Positions 12,836-26,596 of a DNA stretch of 64,000 nt are shown in pieces. The position numbers and the translations under genes are program-made. The notes beneath the pieces are model-generated. The model was not told the DNA's origin. It ran no database searches and saw only the letters and a list, made by a program, of their open reading frames with translations. The stretch's first letter is position 1; each line of letters starts with the position of its first letter. Source of the stretch: Ruditapes philippinarum (taxonomy: Eukaryota); NCBI RefSeq assembly GCF_026571515.1, contig NW_026862393.1:124001-188000 (forward strand), written 5' to 3'.

Positions 12836-13910
12836 ATTATACACCGACATTTTGAATAATATCAAGTCATTCTAAATTTAGAACTTCCATTGCATTTCGG
12901 GTTTGTAATCCTTATTAATTTCGAGGTATTTTGTTCAGGGTAAACCTGTTGGTTAAAATTGAAGTAAATATTTTAGCATAAATCCTCTCGCCCAAACAGT
13001 CCGACATGTAGAATCTATATATTCCACTACTCGGTTTGTGTAGTATTCGGTAATAAATAGTATTTTCATTGATAAAATCATATTCATCCGCGTAATTTGT
13101 GATTGTGCATTTATCGACAATTCTATAAGCCAACGCTATTGCTTAACTTTAAATGCGATGTAATTTGTTGGATACTTGTAACAAAATAAAATATGACTTT
13201 CTTTTAAATCGCTAGTTTTAAGCTGTTTTGAGAACTACTTGTTGTTAGGTTTGTCGTAAACTTCTGTGTCAGAGATTGAATGTCCGCTTTGTATTTAGTT
13301 ATTTTCGATCAGAAAATACCATTAAACAATATTAGAAATCTTCGACCATTCGGGAATTGCTTTGCTTGAAAATTGATGCGCCTGTCTTTGACCATCTTTA
13401 CGCAGTGATCTCCCCTGAATTTTTCGGCTTTAGTGTACATACAAAAGGGAAGTAACCGCTTCAAAAAAGTGGACTACTTTCGGCATTTGCAATTAACAAC
13501 ATTAGACTCTGAAATTTCGCTACCATTATTTGTTTGGTCTGACGACCCAAACAAATAAAAAATCGTTTGTTGTGGCATAGATCGTTTTCAACATTTAGTT
13601 GATGGTGCAGTATCTCTCACATCGATTCAAACAAATATAGCTAGGACTTGTATTAAGACTTATGCTAAAATTACTTAAAATACGTTTGGCTACTTTAATT
13701 ATGTGTTAATATATCGCAACTAAGCTTTAAGTATAAATGAAATTGTTACAATAGCAAATCATGTAAATTTTTATTTGATCATAATATATTAAATACCTGT
13801 TTAATTTATAGATGTACTCAGATATATTATTAGATATACTAGTACCCAGTATTATCTATGCAGCTTGTTTTTTCTTTAAAAGATTAATTAGAAAATCTTT
13901 AATATAGCTA

Positions 13911-14940
13911 ACGTCAATGCAATACGTATACTGTATGATACTTCACTGAAGCCGTCACTTCAATGCGATACGTATACTGTATGATACTTCACTGAAGCCG
14001 TCACGTCAATGCGATATGTATACTGTATGATACGTTACTGAAGCCGTCACGTCAATGCGATATGTATACTGTATGATACTTCACTGAAGCCGTCACGTCA
14101 ATGCGATATGTTATACTGTATGATACTTCACTGAAGCCGTCACGTCAATGCGATATGTATACTGTATGATACTTCACTGAAGCCGTCACGTTCAATGCGA
14201 TATGTATACTGTATGATACTTCACTGAAGCCGTCACGTCAATGCGATATGTATACTGTATGATACTTCACTGAAGCCGTCACGTCAATCGCGATATGTAT
14301 ACTGTATGATACTTCACTGAAGCCGTCACGTCAATGCGATATGTATACTGTATGATACTTCACTGAAGCCGTCACGTCAATGCGATATGTATACTGTATG
14401 ATACGTTACTGAAGCCGTCACGTCAATGCGATACGTATACTGTATGATACTTCACTGAAGCCGTCACGTCAATGCGATATGTATACTGTATGATACTTCA
14501 CTGAAGCCGTCACGTCGATATGTATACTGTATGATACTTCACTGAAGCCGTCACGTCAATGCGATATGTATACTGTATGATACTTCACTGAAGCCGTCAC
14601 GTCAATGCGATATGTATACTGTATGATACTTCACTGAAGCCGTCACGTCAATGCGATATGTATACTGTACGTCACGTCAATGCGATATGTATACGTGCGA
14701 TATGTATACTGTATGATACTTCACTGAAGCCGTCACGTCAATGCGTATACTGTATGATACTTCATACGTATACTGTATGATACTTCACTGAAGCCGTCAC
14801 GTCAATGCGATATGTATACTGTATGATACTTCACTGAAGCCGTCACGTCAATGCGATATGTATACTGTATGATACTTCACTGAAGCCGTCACGTCAATGC
14901 GATACGTAATTCTGTATGATACTTCACTGATGCCGTCTCG
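13911..14940 (+). repeat. 46-bp minisatellite, about 22 near-identical units
   Basis: Unit ACGTCAATGCGATATGTATACTGTATGATACTTCACTGAAGCCGTC, head-to-tail with no spacers. A few units are internally deleted at about 14515 and 14670-14770. Confidence 0.97.
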
Positions 14941-15367
14941 TGAAATAACGGAGGTTCTGGGGAATACTGGTAATATACTTTATGTAAAATTACTTTTGTA
15001 AAAGGGAACGAGAAGAGACAAGTCCGTTATTTTCACATATTTATTATTGTAAAAACTATAACACTTTATATTTACAAAAAAAAACGTGATACACGCTTTA
15101 TTCTGATATGACAGAGTAATGTTACATTTGTTCATATTAATGAAAAATACCTACCGGCTATGTTTCATATAAAATGATAGTAGTTTTTCATATAAACAAT
15201 AGTGTTTCAACAATGCTGGTTTAATACAAATGAAAAGAATATATTATTATATTATTAAGAACATTATAAATATCAAATACATTGCTCTAGGTAAAAAACA
15301 ACATTTTTTTACATTGTACAATTGACTTTGATAAAAGAACTTGAAATTCATAACAAAGTACTAAAAG

Positions 15368-17216
15368 TGAGTGGTGGGAGTGGTATTTTCGTCCTCGGGT
15401 AGTTTTCTTAGTGCTAGAAAATCGCTTGCTTCTCAAAAAAATAAAGCTATGCATCTTTTATATAGTAGGAATATTCAATCTAGGCTTACCTATTGACTTC
15501 AACTTAAGCTTTTCGATCAAACTATTTTACCTATTCTTATCATTCAATTGTGAAGTTTGGGTTTTTTTTTTTTTTGAAAACCTCGACATTCTAGAAAAAA
15601 TACATACCGATTTTTCTCCGAAAAATAACTCATTTGCAGAAAAAGGTCACCTTTATATATGTTATATGGTGAACTAGGTCGTTATCCTCAGAGATAATAA
15701 TCAAAACCAGAATAATCAGCTTTTGGTCTAAAATTTGTACTTTCACATGAAAATAAGATATCTAGACTATGTTAATAACTATATGTATAGAACTGCCCGT
15801 TAAATTTTAAATGGATTTCGTCATGTACAGAATATACTAGATAATACTGGGAAAACCTTTTTTTTGGTTTTTTAAACAAAATTAAAAAAAAAAAATCGTA
15901 ATATTCCAAAAATTAAAATGGCCTTAAAAGGAAATCCAAAAAAAAATTTTTTTTTTTTTTCAAAAAAATGGTCCCGGGTTTTCTAAGGAATTTTATCCCA
16001 AAGGAAAAACTTTTGATATTTAAAAATGCACCAAAATTTTTGAAACCCTTTCCTTAAAAATTTTTCCTATAAACCCAAAGTTTAAACTTTTTTATTTTTT
16101 GAATGGCAACCCCCTGGGTTTCCAGTCAAACTGGTAAAATTTGGGGCCCGCTTTTGGGAAAAACATGATAAAGGAAAAGCAAATTTTTGTTAAACCAAAA
16201 ATATTGCTGATTTAATTTCCCCTATATAAATTTAAAAAGCCTTTTTTTTTTGTCTTAGTTTGAAGAAGCCAAATTCCCAAATAAAAATTCAAAAGAGAAC
16301 CCCTCAAATTTTAAAAAACTGATGCAATCAATTCATTTCTTTTTCTAAAAATGTTGCCATTTTTTCTTTAAAAGGGATAAAGTATTTTTCAATTTAAAAG
16401 ATTTCTGTTTTTTTGTATAGATTTTAAACCTTAAAATACAAAAAATACAATGCTTTTTTTCAAAATGCAAAATTTTTTTATTTTTTTTTTTATGAAGATT
16501 TTTCCTTTTTTTAACCCGTTTAGTTTCTTACATTTTGTTGTTTTTTTTTTTTATTTTTTTTTCCTATAATTCAAAAGGTTACATGTAATGCTTATATTCC
16601 CGTTTGTTTTTGTTTACTTTTATTTTACAGTATTCTTGTCCCCGTAAAGTTAAAACCCGGGGGCAATTATTGAAAAAATAAAAACAAGGTTTCCAAAATT
16701 TAATAAATAAATAAATAACATGTTAAGAAATATTAACCCCTGATCAATTTGTTGAATTTTTTTTTTTTTTTTTTCAACTTTATTGTTATCCCTTATTTTT
16801 TTATTTTTAAAAAAGTATTCCCTATTTATAAAACAAAACGGTCACATCCCAAGTTGGGACGAATTTCCCAAATTCTGGGAAATGTAAAAACCCCCACCTA
16901 CTGCCCTTTTCAGTGCCCCAAATTGTGAATGTTTTTCTAGTAAATTGCTGTTTTAACCTTTAAAATTATTGTAAAACCATTTAAATTTTTAAATTATTAA
17001 ATTTTTTAAAAATGTCCCTTTTGGGTTTATAAAAAAATAAGATAATTTAATTTTAGTAAATACCTTTTCCCCAATTTTTTTTTATACCATAAAATTTCAT
17101 CAAAATGCCCTGTGTTATATATTCTATTTTTGTCTAAGTGATTAAATCATGTTGTTCTCATGTATATGTACTGTAGAACCTGATTGTAAATAAAAGTATA
17201 TGTCTGTCTGTCTGTC
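15368..17216 (+). mobile_element. Unit-1-specific insertion ending like a CR1/L2-type LINE 3' end; interior poorly resolved
   Basis: The empty site in unit 3 reads CAAAGTACTAAAAGCATCTG (about 38851-38870). The insert ends with AATAAA (17189-17194) and a (TGTC)4 tail, with no long TSD. The stretch at about 15850-17110 is dominated by abnormal homopolymer runs. Confidence 0.5.
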
Positions 17217-20200
17217 AGCATCTCAAATTGAATGACCTAATTTTAATCTATATCACTATGGATTGATTAAACTGCTTTACAATGGTAACATTACACGCTC
17301 TGGGGACATATTATTTCCGTACTGAAGTCATTTTAAATGTCGACAGTAATATTACCTGAACGTTGATTTCATATTGAATATTACACTTACAATTCATGGA
17401 AGAAACTTTAAAATATATCTGTTGTCATATATTCTCAAATCACGACCACTCATTGACTGCTATTCTTGCATGCATCTACTCACGCAGATAAACATTAACG
17501 GAGAGGAAATCATTAAAAGAATAAAAACAATTACAGACCACGCGCCATTGTTGCACTGTTTAAATATGCGCGACTAAGGGCGCCATGTGAAAATAGCTTT
17601 CTGCGATGACGGCTCCGTTAGTTGCATCAAAGTATAACGGTCAAATTACACCGCACTACCACGTGAAAATAGCAAGGAAACGTGTTTTCTTTTACGAAAA
17701 ACAAAAACAAAACAGGAACAAAGTAAAGCAAAAAAAACGAAACGCGGATTTACCGAATCAGTCGCTAATGCACCGTTTTCGTAAATTAAAATCTGCAGAA
17801 TTCCTAGACTCTTCATCTGAATAACCAAAACAGCGCGAGAGATTTCATTAAGGTAAAGGGCTTCTACAAATGTTAACGCAAGAAAAAAATGCACTAGTGT
17901 TATCCTGGCATAACAAATATACATTATAACGTGCGAGTGCAAAATACGTTTGGAAGGTTCTAACAAGAATTTCTTTAAAAACTAATATACACACTGATGC
18001 TAAGCTCTGTGTTAGATATATTTGATAGTATTAGTATTTACATAATCTGCTTTACGTTGTTGTTTTTTATTTGACTACAAATATGGATATCAAAATGATA
18101 TATGATTGGATACATTTCAAATGAAGCATCTCTAGATTTCAGACGCCTGCACGTTCCGCAAGTTCTACTTTCACAACATTGATGCATTTTTGTTTGTCAC
18201 ATTTTCAACGTTTGGGTAAATATAGGTCATGTAAAATTGCTGTTGTTAAAAGAAAATAAAACAAAAATCAATTTAACAATATCATGTTTTATTGCAGATA
18301 CAACTGCCCACACAATGTAAATACTGTAAGTAAAGCTAATTAAATATAAAATTGTGTACATAGTCATTTAGATATGAACGAGTAATGGGCATCAACAAAC
18401 ATGCCTTCATATTGAAACATAATAACCTTTTTCAATTGATTATAAAGAACGTCGATGCATAGTTTTATCATGTTTATGCAAGGCCTGCATAATTTCAAAA
18501 TAAGTTATTATAGTTACGTGTAAGTTAATGCTTCTTAGACATATAATAATGTATTTTAAAATAAACGGATTAAAAACGTGAAAAAGTAAGACTCCAAAGT
18601 TGATAAACATATTACAATTATGTTTAAAAGGCCCATTATGCCCAATAAATGCTTTTTTCTACTTTTCAAAGGGCTTTACTTTTGGGGTACATTTATCGTT
18701 TTCAAAAGGTTAATTACCTCAAAAATGCTTTGCCTCTGTTATCTTTTGGCATTTAGTAAAGTAATAGCGATTACAATTAGAGTCTTTTGTATAAAAGTAA
18801 ATATACTTCTTTGTTCATATTTTGTTTGCTACATTTATGACAAATCATTTAACATTTAGCACTACTTTCTTCAGGTAACAAGTATCCAACATTTCCAACA
18901 TGCTATGAACCCATTATCTAAACAGCATACAATTCTTGTTTGCCAATTTATTAAGGAAAAATTGATTCGAAAACGGTTTCTAATGCATAATTTTACCTTT
19001 ACATGAACCACCTAAGCTGAAAACTCTACAGGTGTATGATTTTGTACCTGATTTCTGATGAACTAATAAAAAATTTTTTAATTCATCACAAACTACTTAA
19101 AGTATCTAAAATAAAATGACGTAATGAATATCTATTTATGTCATTTAGGATTGATTAAATCTCTTTATGATGGAAACATTACATGCTCTGGGGACATATT
19201 AGTTCCGTACAGAAGTCGTATAAATGCCGCCTGATATATTAAACGACAATTGAGCGGATGTCATATTGATAACGTTGAAGTAACAGTTATTTAAGTAACA
19301 CACTTTAAAAAATAAATATCTGGTTGATACATGTAATCAATTAAACGTGCAACTTGTTCTTGGATTGCAATCAGTTGTATGTAACTGTTATTTTATTTTA
19401 ATATTATGTAAAATAAAAAACGAATATGTCTTTGACACCACTACGTAGAAATGATAGCACAGAGCCTTTTTAAAAGAAAGGTGAATATGTTGACGATACA
19501 AGTTTAAAAGATTTGTTCTGATTGTATCGGAAGGTCCATTATTGTCCATTATTGTCCCGAAAGTTGTATGTCATGTGACCATTGAAATAACTATAATACT
19601 TATACTGGAATTTTTTTAATCTTAATTCTCAAAAACGAATAAATAGAATTTAAATTTTAAAAAAGCAACAAAAAACAAAACAGAAGCAACACCCCCCCCC
19701 CCCCCCAAAAAAAAAAGTGCAAAAAATAAAACATCAACAACAAGCAAAAAAAAAACGTGATAAATAATTGTATTTGAAAGCTTATACTGTTGCTCATTAT
19801 AATAAGGAAAGTAGTTAATACCAGTGATAATACAAAGTTTTCCATTCTCATCAAAATACTTCCATTACACTTACCCTGATTTTTTTGAATCCGCCTTTCT
19901 CATTTTCAGTCTTAAGAATAGAAAATATTGTATTTTATATGCGATTTGAATTCCCATTTCAACAATAATGTACGATAAATAAAACATTTTGGAGTTCATA
20001 CAATTCTCTATAGTTTATTTATTTTATTACTGACGAAAACAAATGCGGAATTTAGGATCATAATGATTTCTTGAATGATAAAAGCTGTTGTTATAGGAAA
20101 TGTTTGGAGAGTATTTGTGAACGCACTAATGTAAATACCATATTCCATTGATGTTATTCTAATACATTTTTCTTTTTATTGAAATTTCGCTTCTAAATTA

Positions 20201-21885
20201 ATGTTCTACAGACATTGATCGTTACGGATGATAGCACTTGTGTTGAATCAACAACAGTTTAAGTAGCTGAAATTATGATTATAACAGATAAAAAATAACC
20301 GTCTTCTCAAAGAACGATTGCATTATAAAAATGTGAATAAAATCAAATTTGAATAAAAATGAACATATATTGTTTGTTTTGCCAACTCCGCACATGTACC
20401 GTCACTTCACCTTATTGAATATCATGCACGTTTATAATATATAACAACAGAAATTGCAGAAATTATTATTTTAGGAACAACAACTGAATTTTGACGTGCA
20501 AGCATTAAAACGCCATTACAAAGGACTTCTGTTTCTGTTTCTAACGTGTATATAACGTATCTAAATTACTTAAGTAGGAAAAGTTGAGGATCAAATTCGA
20601 AACCTCTAATTTTGTAGTCAAAAGGGTTTTTAATATAACTAGACCACTAGAATCTCTGGTTTTAGCAGTGTCTTTTATGTATTTTCTGTGTATTTTTGCT
20701 TTTGTGTGAATGACCAATTTGCAAATCTATATGCCTAACTACAGTACCTCTACATAGATCTTTAACAATGTCGAATATAACAGGAACTTATAATTATATG
20801 CATATTATGAAGTACTAGTATGAATATGACAAAAATAAGCGTTGTATCATTTTTCTAATATACCGGAGCAACAACGGCGCAGCTCCGACAGCCTTTGCTA
20901 GGCTCATTTGGCTCTTTATTTATATCCTTAAAGAAATACAAATAAAATATTGCCGACACATTGTCATATCTAAGAAAAATGAAAAATAACACCGGTTAGC
21001 TGTCAGTACATGAACTGAAATCGTTTTTGTTAAGTAGTTATGGTCCGTACTGTGTTGTTATCTTAACTTACATTATCTAAGACTATATTATTATAATGGT
21101 TAGTTTCACATTTTTCTAAAGTTAGTTTTCAAATATATTTAAACTGATTCTGACAAAACTTAATCATCACATGAACAATTTGCTTCTTTTCAATTATTGG
21201 TATTTAACACTATTTAAAACAGAAAACAAAATTATCTTAGTTTTTGGATACAAGAAACAGAAACAAACCAATAATGAAGTAGTTACGATAAAGATAAAGA
21301 TATTTAAAAAATAATTCGTTCAAGATTAGAACCTATTGAATTCATGCAAGTGTGTACCCTCTAGCACTGAAGCATTTAAAATGTTTTCACGTATCTTTGA
21401 TTGATTGTAATATCATGAGATTGTTATACCATAAATAAAACAAGTTTATCCTTTAGAAAATTATTACCTCCGTATTGAAGACATAGAAGTGCTTGCAATA
21501 TCTCCTTCAGTAAAATAATATACAATTGTATTACGTACTTCGGGAAATTGTGCTAAACAAACTATACAAGAAAAGATTCATGTAAAAGTCTTTATTATGA
21601 GCCATACGTTCTGCTGTCAACCCGACAGACACACACTAAATTTATATATTCTAATAATAAAACAGTGTAGATATTATTAAATAAAATGTGCACTTAAAAA
21701 TACTTAAGAAATGAAAATTTTACTAACGAGTTTGTTTGTATATTTTATTGGATAAACTGGAATATATTTTACTCAACAATACAGCACAACATCTCCACGC
21801 AATGTGTTTAGAATCAATAAATTAATTTTTCTTTGTTTCTTGTCAAAATAATCAAATATACGTATCAATATACCATTAAGATTTC

Positions 21886-24800
21886 TGAAGGTTCCATGAA
21901 AACCGTCGTATGAAAGTTCACCATTTTCTTGTTTAAATGTTGAAGTCTGCTTAAGTGGTTGCTTCGGGGCATGGACGGTAACTTGCACTTTTACCGTTTA
22001 TGAACAGGCGCACTGCAACATGTTTTTAGCGTTCTTTATGGATTCAGTTTTTTCTGTTTCTATACGAATAATATTTACACATTAGAATATTAACTCACAA
22101 CAAACAGACATTGAAATGAACAGGAATCAGCTAGAGGTAGATGCCACTTAAAAAAGATCATTGTTTAATGTTTATTTGTTTACTTTTTTATAGTTTGTAT
22201 ATGCAATAATGTTCAGAATTAAAAAGCTGTCTGTCAAGCAAATGGAACCTGTAAAGATCAGAACACATTTGTACTGCTATAGAATACTTTGAATTAACTC
22301 TGTTAAACTACGCTAAGGAAAAGTGGCCTACTTTTTGAATTCGTCTTTTGACAGTTTTTCTGTGATAATTATGCAGGCTTCATAACCTTTGATCCCCTTT
22401 CAAAATGAAATCTTAATTAGTTCCGCCCATTGTTTTTCTCGTTTTGGGTACACGCATATTTTACTGGGGTTCCATACGCCGCTTTTCATGGAATGGCACG
22501 AAAGTGTCATATTGAATAACCGCTGTATGAACAAATCAGCGGATGTTTCTAAATTCGAAATTTGACTTTTATTATCATTAAATGTTGAATTCTGCTTAAG
22601 CCGGTGCTAGGGGGCGTGGACGGTAACTTGCACATTCCATTTACGCCCATGACCAGGCTCAATCATACCGAGACTGCAAAATTTACTATTTTTAATGTTT
22701 CCCTAGCATACTCCTTAAGGTCGGAACAGAAGGAACTTTAGACTTAACAACTATAAGTTGTTATATTTTTCTGGTCCTTCGAAATAATTGATTCGAGCAC
22801 AAATTATGTTCTGCTAAAGCCGGTGCTAAGGGCGCGAAGGATGTTGCCCTCATGTACGTTTGTATCAACTGTATACTCGGTTGCTTCAATTAATGAAGTA
22901 TTTTCATTTTTTCCCAGATAAGCAGATTTCACTTCACGTGGCCTAAGTCGGATAGAATATTTCGTGGAGTTGTCTGTACGATATAGACAACCCCACGCGT
23001 TTTCTATTCTTTACTCATTTTATTTTGAATCAGTTTTATGGAGTCATAGATTTTTAATTCAATAAGTTTATTCACGCAACGTATGACAACCGGCTATTAC
23101 ATTTTATTGTAAAGAATACAACAATGGTCATTCAGTAACGGTCTATTTGTAATCGTCACCATTCATACTATACAACCCTGATAAAGTCTTTATATGCCAA
23201 TGTATTTGGATATTGTATGCTTAAACACTGAATACATGCTTATTATGTTCAGGTTGCCAGAGTTTTAAGTGTGCACATATTTGTTGTTATTGGATAACAT
23301 GTCAAACTACTCGAGTCAAACTTGTCTTTTTATCGACAAAATGGGGGTTTAAAGATTAAAGAGCATGATGTTTACATGTTCTACTTCTGTGAAGACACGT
23401 GACATTATCAGGTTATGACATTTCTCAGTCTTAAACTGATTCTTTTATGATCAAATGGTGAATACTTCCAGATGCTTCGAAACATTTTATATCCATCTTT
23501 TGAATATTTAAACTAATCATTCGTTGATAATCATCTATTAATTAATTTATCTTACTTAACACATTTTACGCGAAGTTACCTGGCTTTACACAGCGGACGA
23601 TTACACTACAGTTTTGGGTATAGCGCGGTTTCGATGCTGTGATTTACTTCAGGCTTCACAAATACAATACAAATAAACTCTGTTTCTTTTAAAAACAATA
23701 TAAAATGGTGTTAATAGTGATTAAAATTCAAACAACTATAAAAGTGTAGACTATTAAATTAGTTTCAGCCACCCAATATCCGAAAATGGAACATTCCAAG
23801 ACAAGAATTTATAGTCCTTTTCAAAAAAATAAATGGAGTAACACACTATCACTATTGTCAACCCCGTTAAGCAAACAATCTGTCACGTGACCTCACAAGG
23901 TATTTTTGTTTGTATTATTCGCTGTATGCTGCTTGTTATCATGGCTTGAGCTTAATAAAGTTTTTGTTGTTGTTGTTAAAACGAAATTTTAGTGCTTTTA
24001 AAAATCATTCTGAGGGAACTGATGAACGACAATCTTATTGTTAACTAATTTAGTAATAAGCTATAAATGTTAGGAGGCGTGGACGGTAGTTTGCACTTTA
24101 CTGTACCGTCAATAAACAGGCTCAATCAAATAGAGCCTGTAACATTTTCAATTTTGCCGTTTTGGACTTTCTTTAGGGATTCTTATTTTCTCTACTTTAA
24201 AACAAATTGAAACGCATTAGGTTTATGTAACTGCATTTCCTAACCTACTATAGCTACGTCAACTAATTGGTGATTGACAGACATCGGCTTTCGTGATAAC
24301 AATCTTTTGTTGAGATTATTACACATGTTAAAGGGTATTTCACTTAGTCAAGGAAAAGTTTTAACATGCATTATGCAGATATAAACGAACGGATAACTCA
24401 ACATTATAGTATTTGTATCATATCGAACGATAAATACAGATGTGCAAAGATAAGAAGAGTAAAACATAGTATTTTATTTCAGAAAAGTATCAATATTTTA
24501 AACTTTTATGTCTCAATTTTCTCGTTGTGTTTCAATTTGTAAAACGTTCATTCTGTTACTGAATGCACAAATCTAAAATTTGTAAAAGATTGCATCAACA
24601 CTATTTTATGTTTCCTTTAAAACGATCAATATCACTTTAATTTTGTAAACTATATGTTTTCCTGGAGAGGAAATTCATTGCCATGTGCGTGAACAAAACG
24701 ATTATCTACGTTTAGGGGGTTTAGATCTTATATATGAAATTGCTTTTGCGCTATTTTAAGCAGTCTTAATTATGAAATTATTTTTTATTTACCAAAATAT

Positions 24801-24995
24801 AGAAAACAGAATCCCTAAGAACGCCCAAAACGACAAAAATAAACATTTTGCAGGCTCGGTTTGGTTGAGCCTCTTCATGGGCAGTACTGGACAGTGTAAG
24901 TTACCGTCCTCACCCCCTAGCACCGGCTTAAGCAGAATTCAACATTTATACTTGAAAATGGTAAAATTGTGAATAATGAAATATCCGCGGCAGTA
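21886..24995. repeat. Cluster of foldback/MITE-like arms in unit 1
   Basis: Minus-oriented arms at 21886-22060, 22417-22700 and 24070-24195, and a plus arm at 24795-24995. Shared core GCAGGCTCGGTTTG.TTGAGCCT...CCCCTAGCACCGGCTTAAGCAGAATTCAACATTTA. Confidence 0.75.
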
Positions 24996-25115
24996 TTGTG
25001 ATTTTCATCGCATAATAGACGGGTATGTAGCACAACAGCCTTCAAGATAAAGATTTTAATTTAACATTGTATCTCGGGTTTACATATGTTGCTTTGGACC
25101 TTTAAATAAGATTAT

Positions 25116-26596
25116 ACGACTATACCCCCAGCAGAGCTATTCAAAAAGTGTCTTCTTACGTCTGTAAGAAGACACTTTTAAACAACCGTTACTTTCCGCG
25201 TGGATTTAATACAGTTGAAATATACGGTGTCCTGTTTGGGCCAGTTGAAGACAGGTCTCCTACTGAGATGCTATTTTTTTCTAAAGTCTTACCCCTCTTT
25301 CTGTATTTTCATAGAAAAGGTGATAATATTTTACATTCTCGCAAGAAACTTTTCGCGCTATACAACGTTGAATTGGTCCCATGCTTATACTTTCTCATAC
25401 TTAAATGCTGGTGCGAATCAAAATGTAAAAATCTTCGCGATGATTAAAGCAGCACGCCTCCAGATTCATGCTAATTTTCATGAAAATTTTGAAAATGTAT
25501 TTGAATGTTAAATATAAAGGAAGCAATTTACACATTATCAATGGCACTTACAGCCCACCTAAATTACCAAAAAGTGGTCAAAATATGCATAAATATGCCT
25601 TACTGCGTTAATAATGCAATAGAAATATAGTTGTGAATACTGAAACATCAGTCCTAAACCGCACATAACTTGTAAAACATGTATTACATTGTACTTGAAT
25701 CTTGCATCATTTTACTTTTCCTTAAATCATAATACACATTTCTGATGTTTGATTTCATTGAAATATTTTGACTCATCTTGAGGCAAGCAGCTTGAACCTT
25801 AATTTTCGCATGTTCCTTTCGAGAACTTTTACTTATTACCAGTGTCTTCGAACGAGAATGTTAAATCTCCCTAACTTATCTATTAACAAGAGCCAGTGCG
25901 TTTGACTAGTCTCAGTGCTTGATAGTAAAACAAGAGCCTGAATAATGGACAATTTTTTATCTTCAAAAATTGCCGTAGTTCTGTCAAAATTCACAATTAC
26001 AATAGCTTTCCCTATTTTGTGAGTTGTCGAGCTAAAACAACAGATTTAGTCAATTTTAAATCGTAACAGGTGATATTTCAACTGCCTCAAACAGGACACC
26101 ATAGAAACTGACGGAAAATTGTAGCGAACAAGATAGCGCAACTCGTGGGTAAATTCAGTTCATCGAGAAATGAATCAAATAAATTGGATGGCCAGCCCCC
26201 CAAACACAAATCATCGGCCATATACAGCTGATTATTGCGCTAAGCTAAGCATGTGAATAAGGAAACTTACCAACTTTGGGGTCAAAATGTTATCCATATA
26301 TCATTGACACAAAACATGTTCAGAGACGGTTTCAATGTTGAATGGCATAAAAGATATCTCTGATAAAGGCAACCATTTTAACAGTGTTTATCATGAATGA
26401 AAGTGGATTCTGTCCGATTGAAATAAGTGCACGAAAATTCCGTGCGAATACAATTTGCTTACAACATGTTCAAAACCTATAAGGCCATGCAAATATTTTC
26501 TATAGTTTTATATTTTCAACGTGAACATACATTTAATTTCAATAAGATCTATTTATAATTAATTTTGTTTATTTATCTATCTGTTTTTTACACTTG
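25116..26596. mobile_element. Unidentified unit-1-specific insertion with subterminal 16-bp hairpin
   Basis: Absent from units 2 and 3, which read AAGATTGTATTGTTTGATTT contiguously at about 36266 and 46130. Hairpin AAAAGTGTCTTCTTAC-GTCT-GTAAGAAGACACTTTT at 25144-25179. Confidence 0.55.

Larger units (their letters stand above)
12101..13561 (-). mobile_element. HINE-architecture element carrying two tRNA-derived cassettes
   Basis: 13-bp subterminal inverted repeats ATTTGTTTGGGTC (12123-12135) and GACCCAAACAAAT (13544-13556). The right copy forms a hairpin with TTATTTGTTTGGTC (13526-13539) and is followed by an A-run. The left copy is preceded by a small imperfect stem-loop AGCAC-AGAAG-GCGCT. 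The layout is the same as 28489-29676 and 59364-60955. Confidence 0.65.

Noticed and set aside
13911-14940. CRISPR-like appearance of the 46-bp array
   Set aside because: Units are contiguous with no unique spacers, there are no cas genes, and the context is eukaryotic.
17374-17966. Conserved ORFs repeated at 30573-31125 and 39283-39591 as a gene family
   Set aside because: The similarity is explained by the segmental triplication. Indels and stops differ between copies and there is no domain signature.
20055-20170. Cys-rich frame (DHNDFLNDKSCCYRK...CER...HCCY) as a possible exon of a small peptide
   Set aside because: Unit 1 has an in-frame stop, the preceding AG is missing in unit 2, there is no polypyrimidine tract or donor site, and substitutions are mostly non-synonymous.
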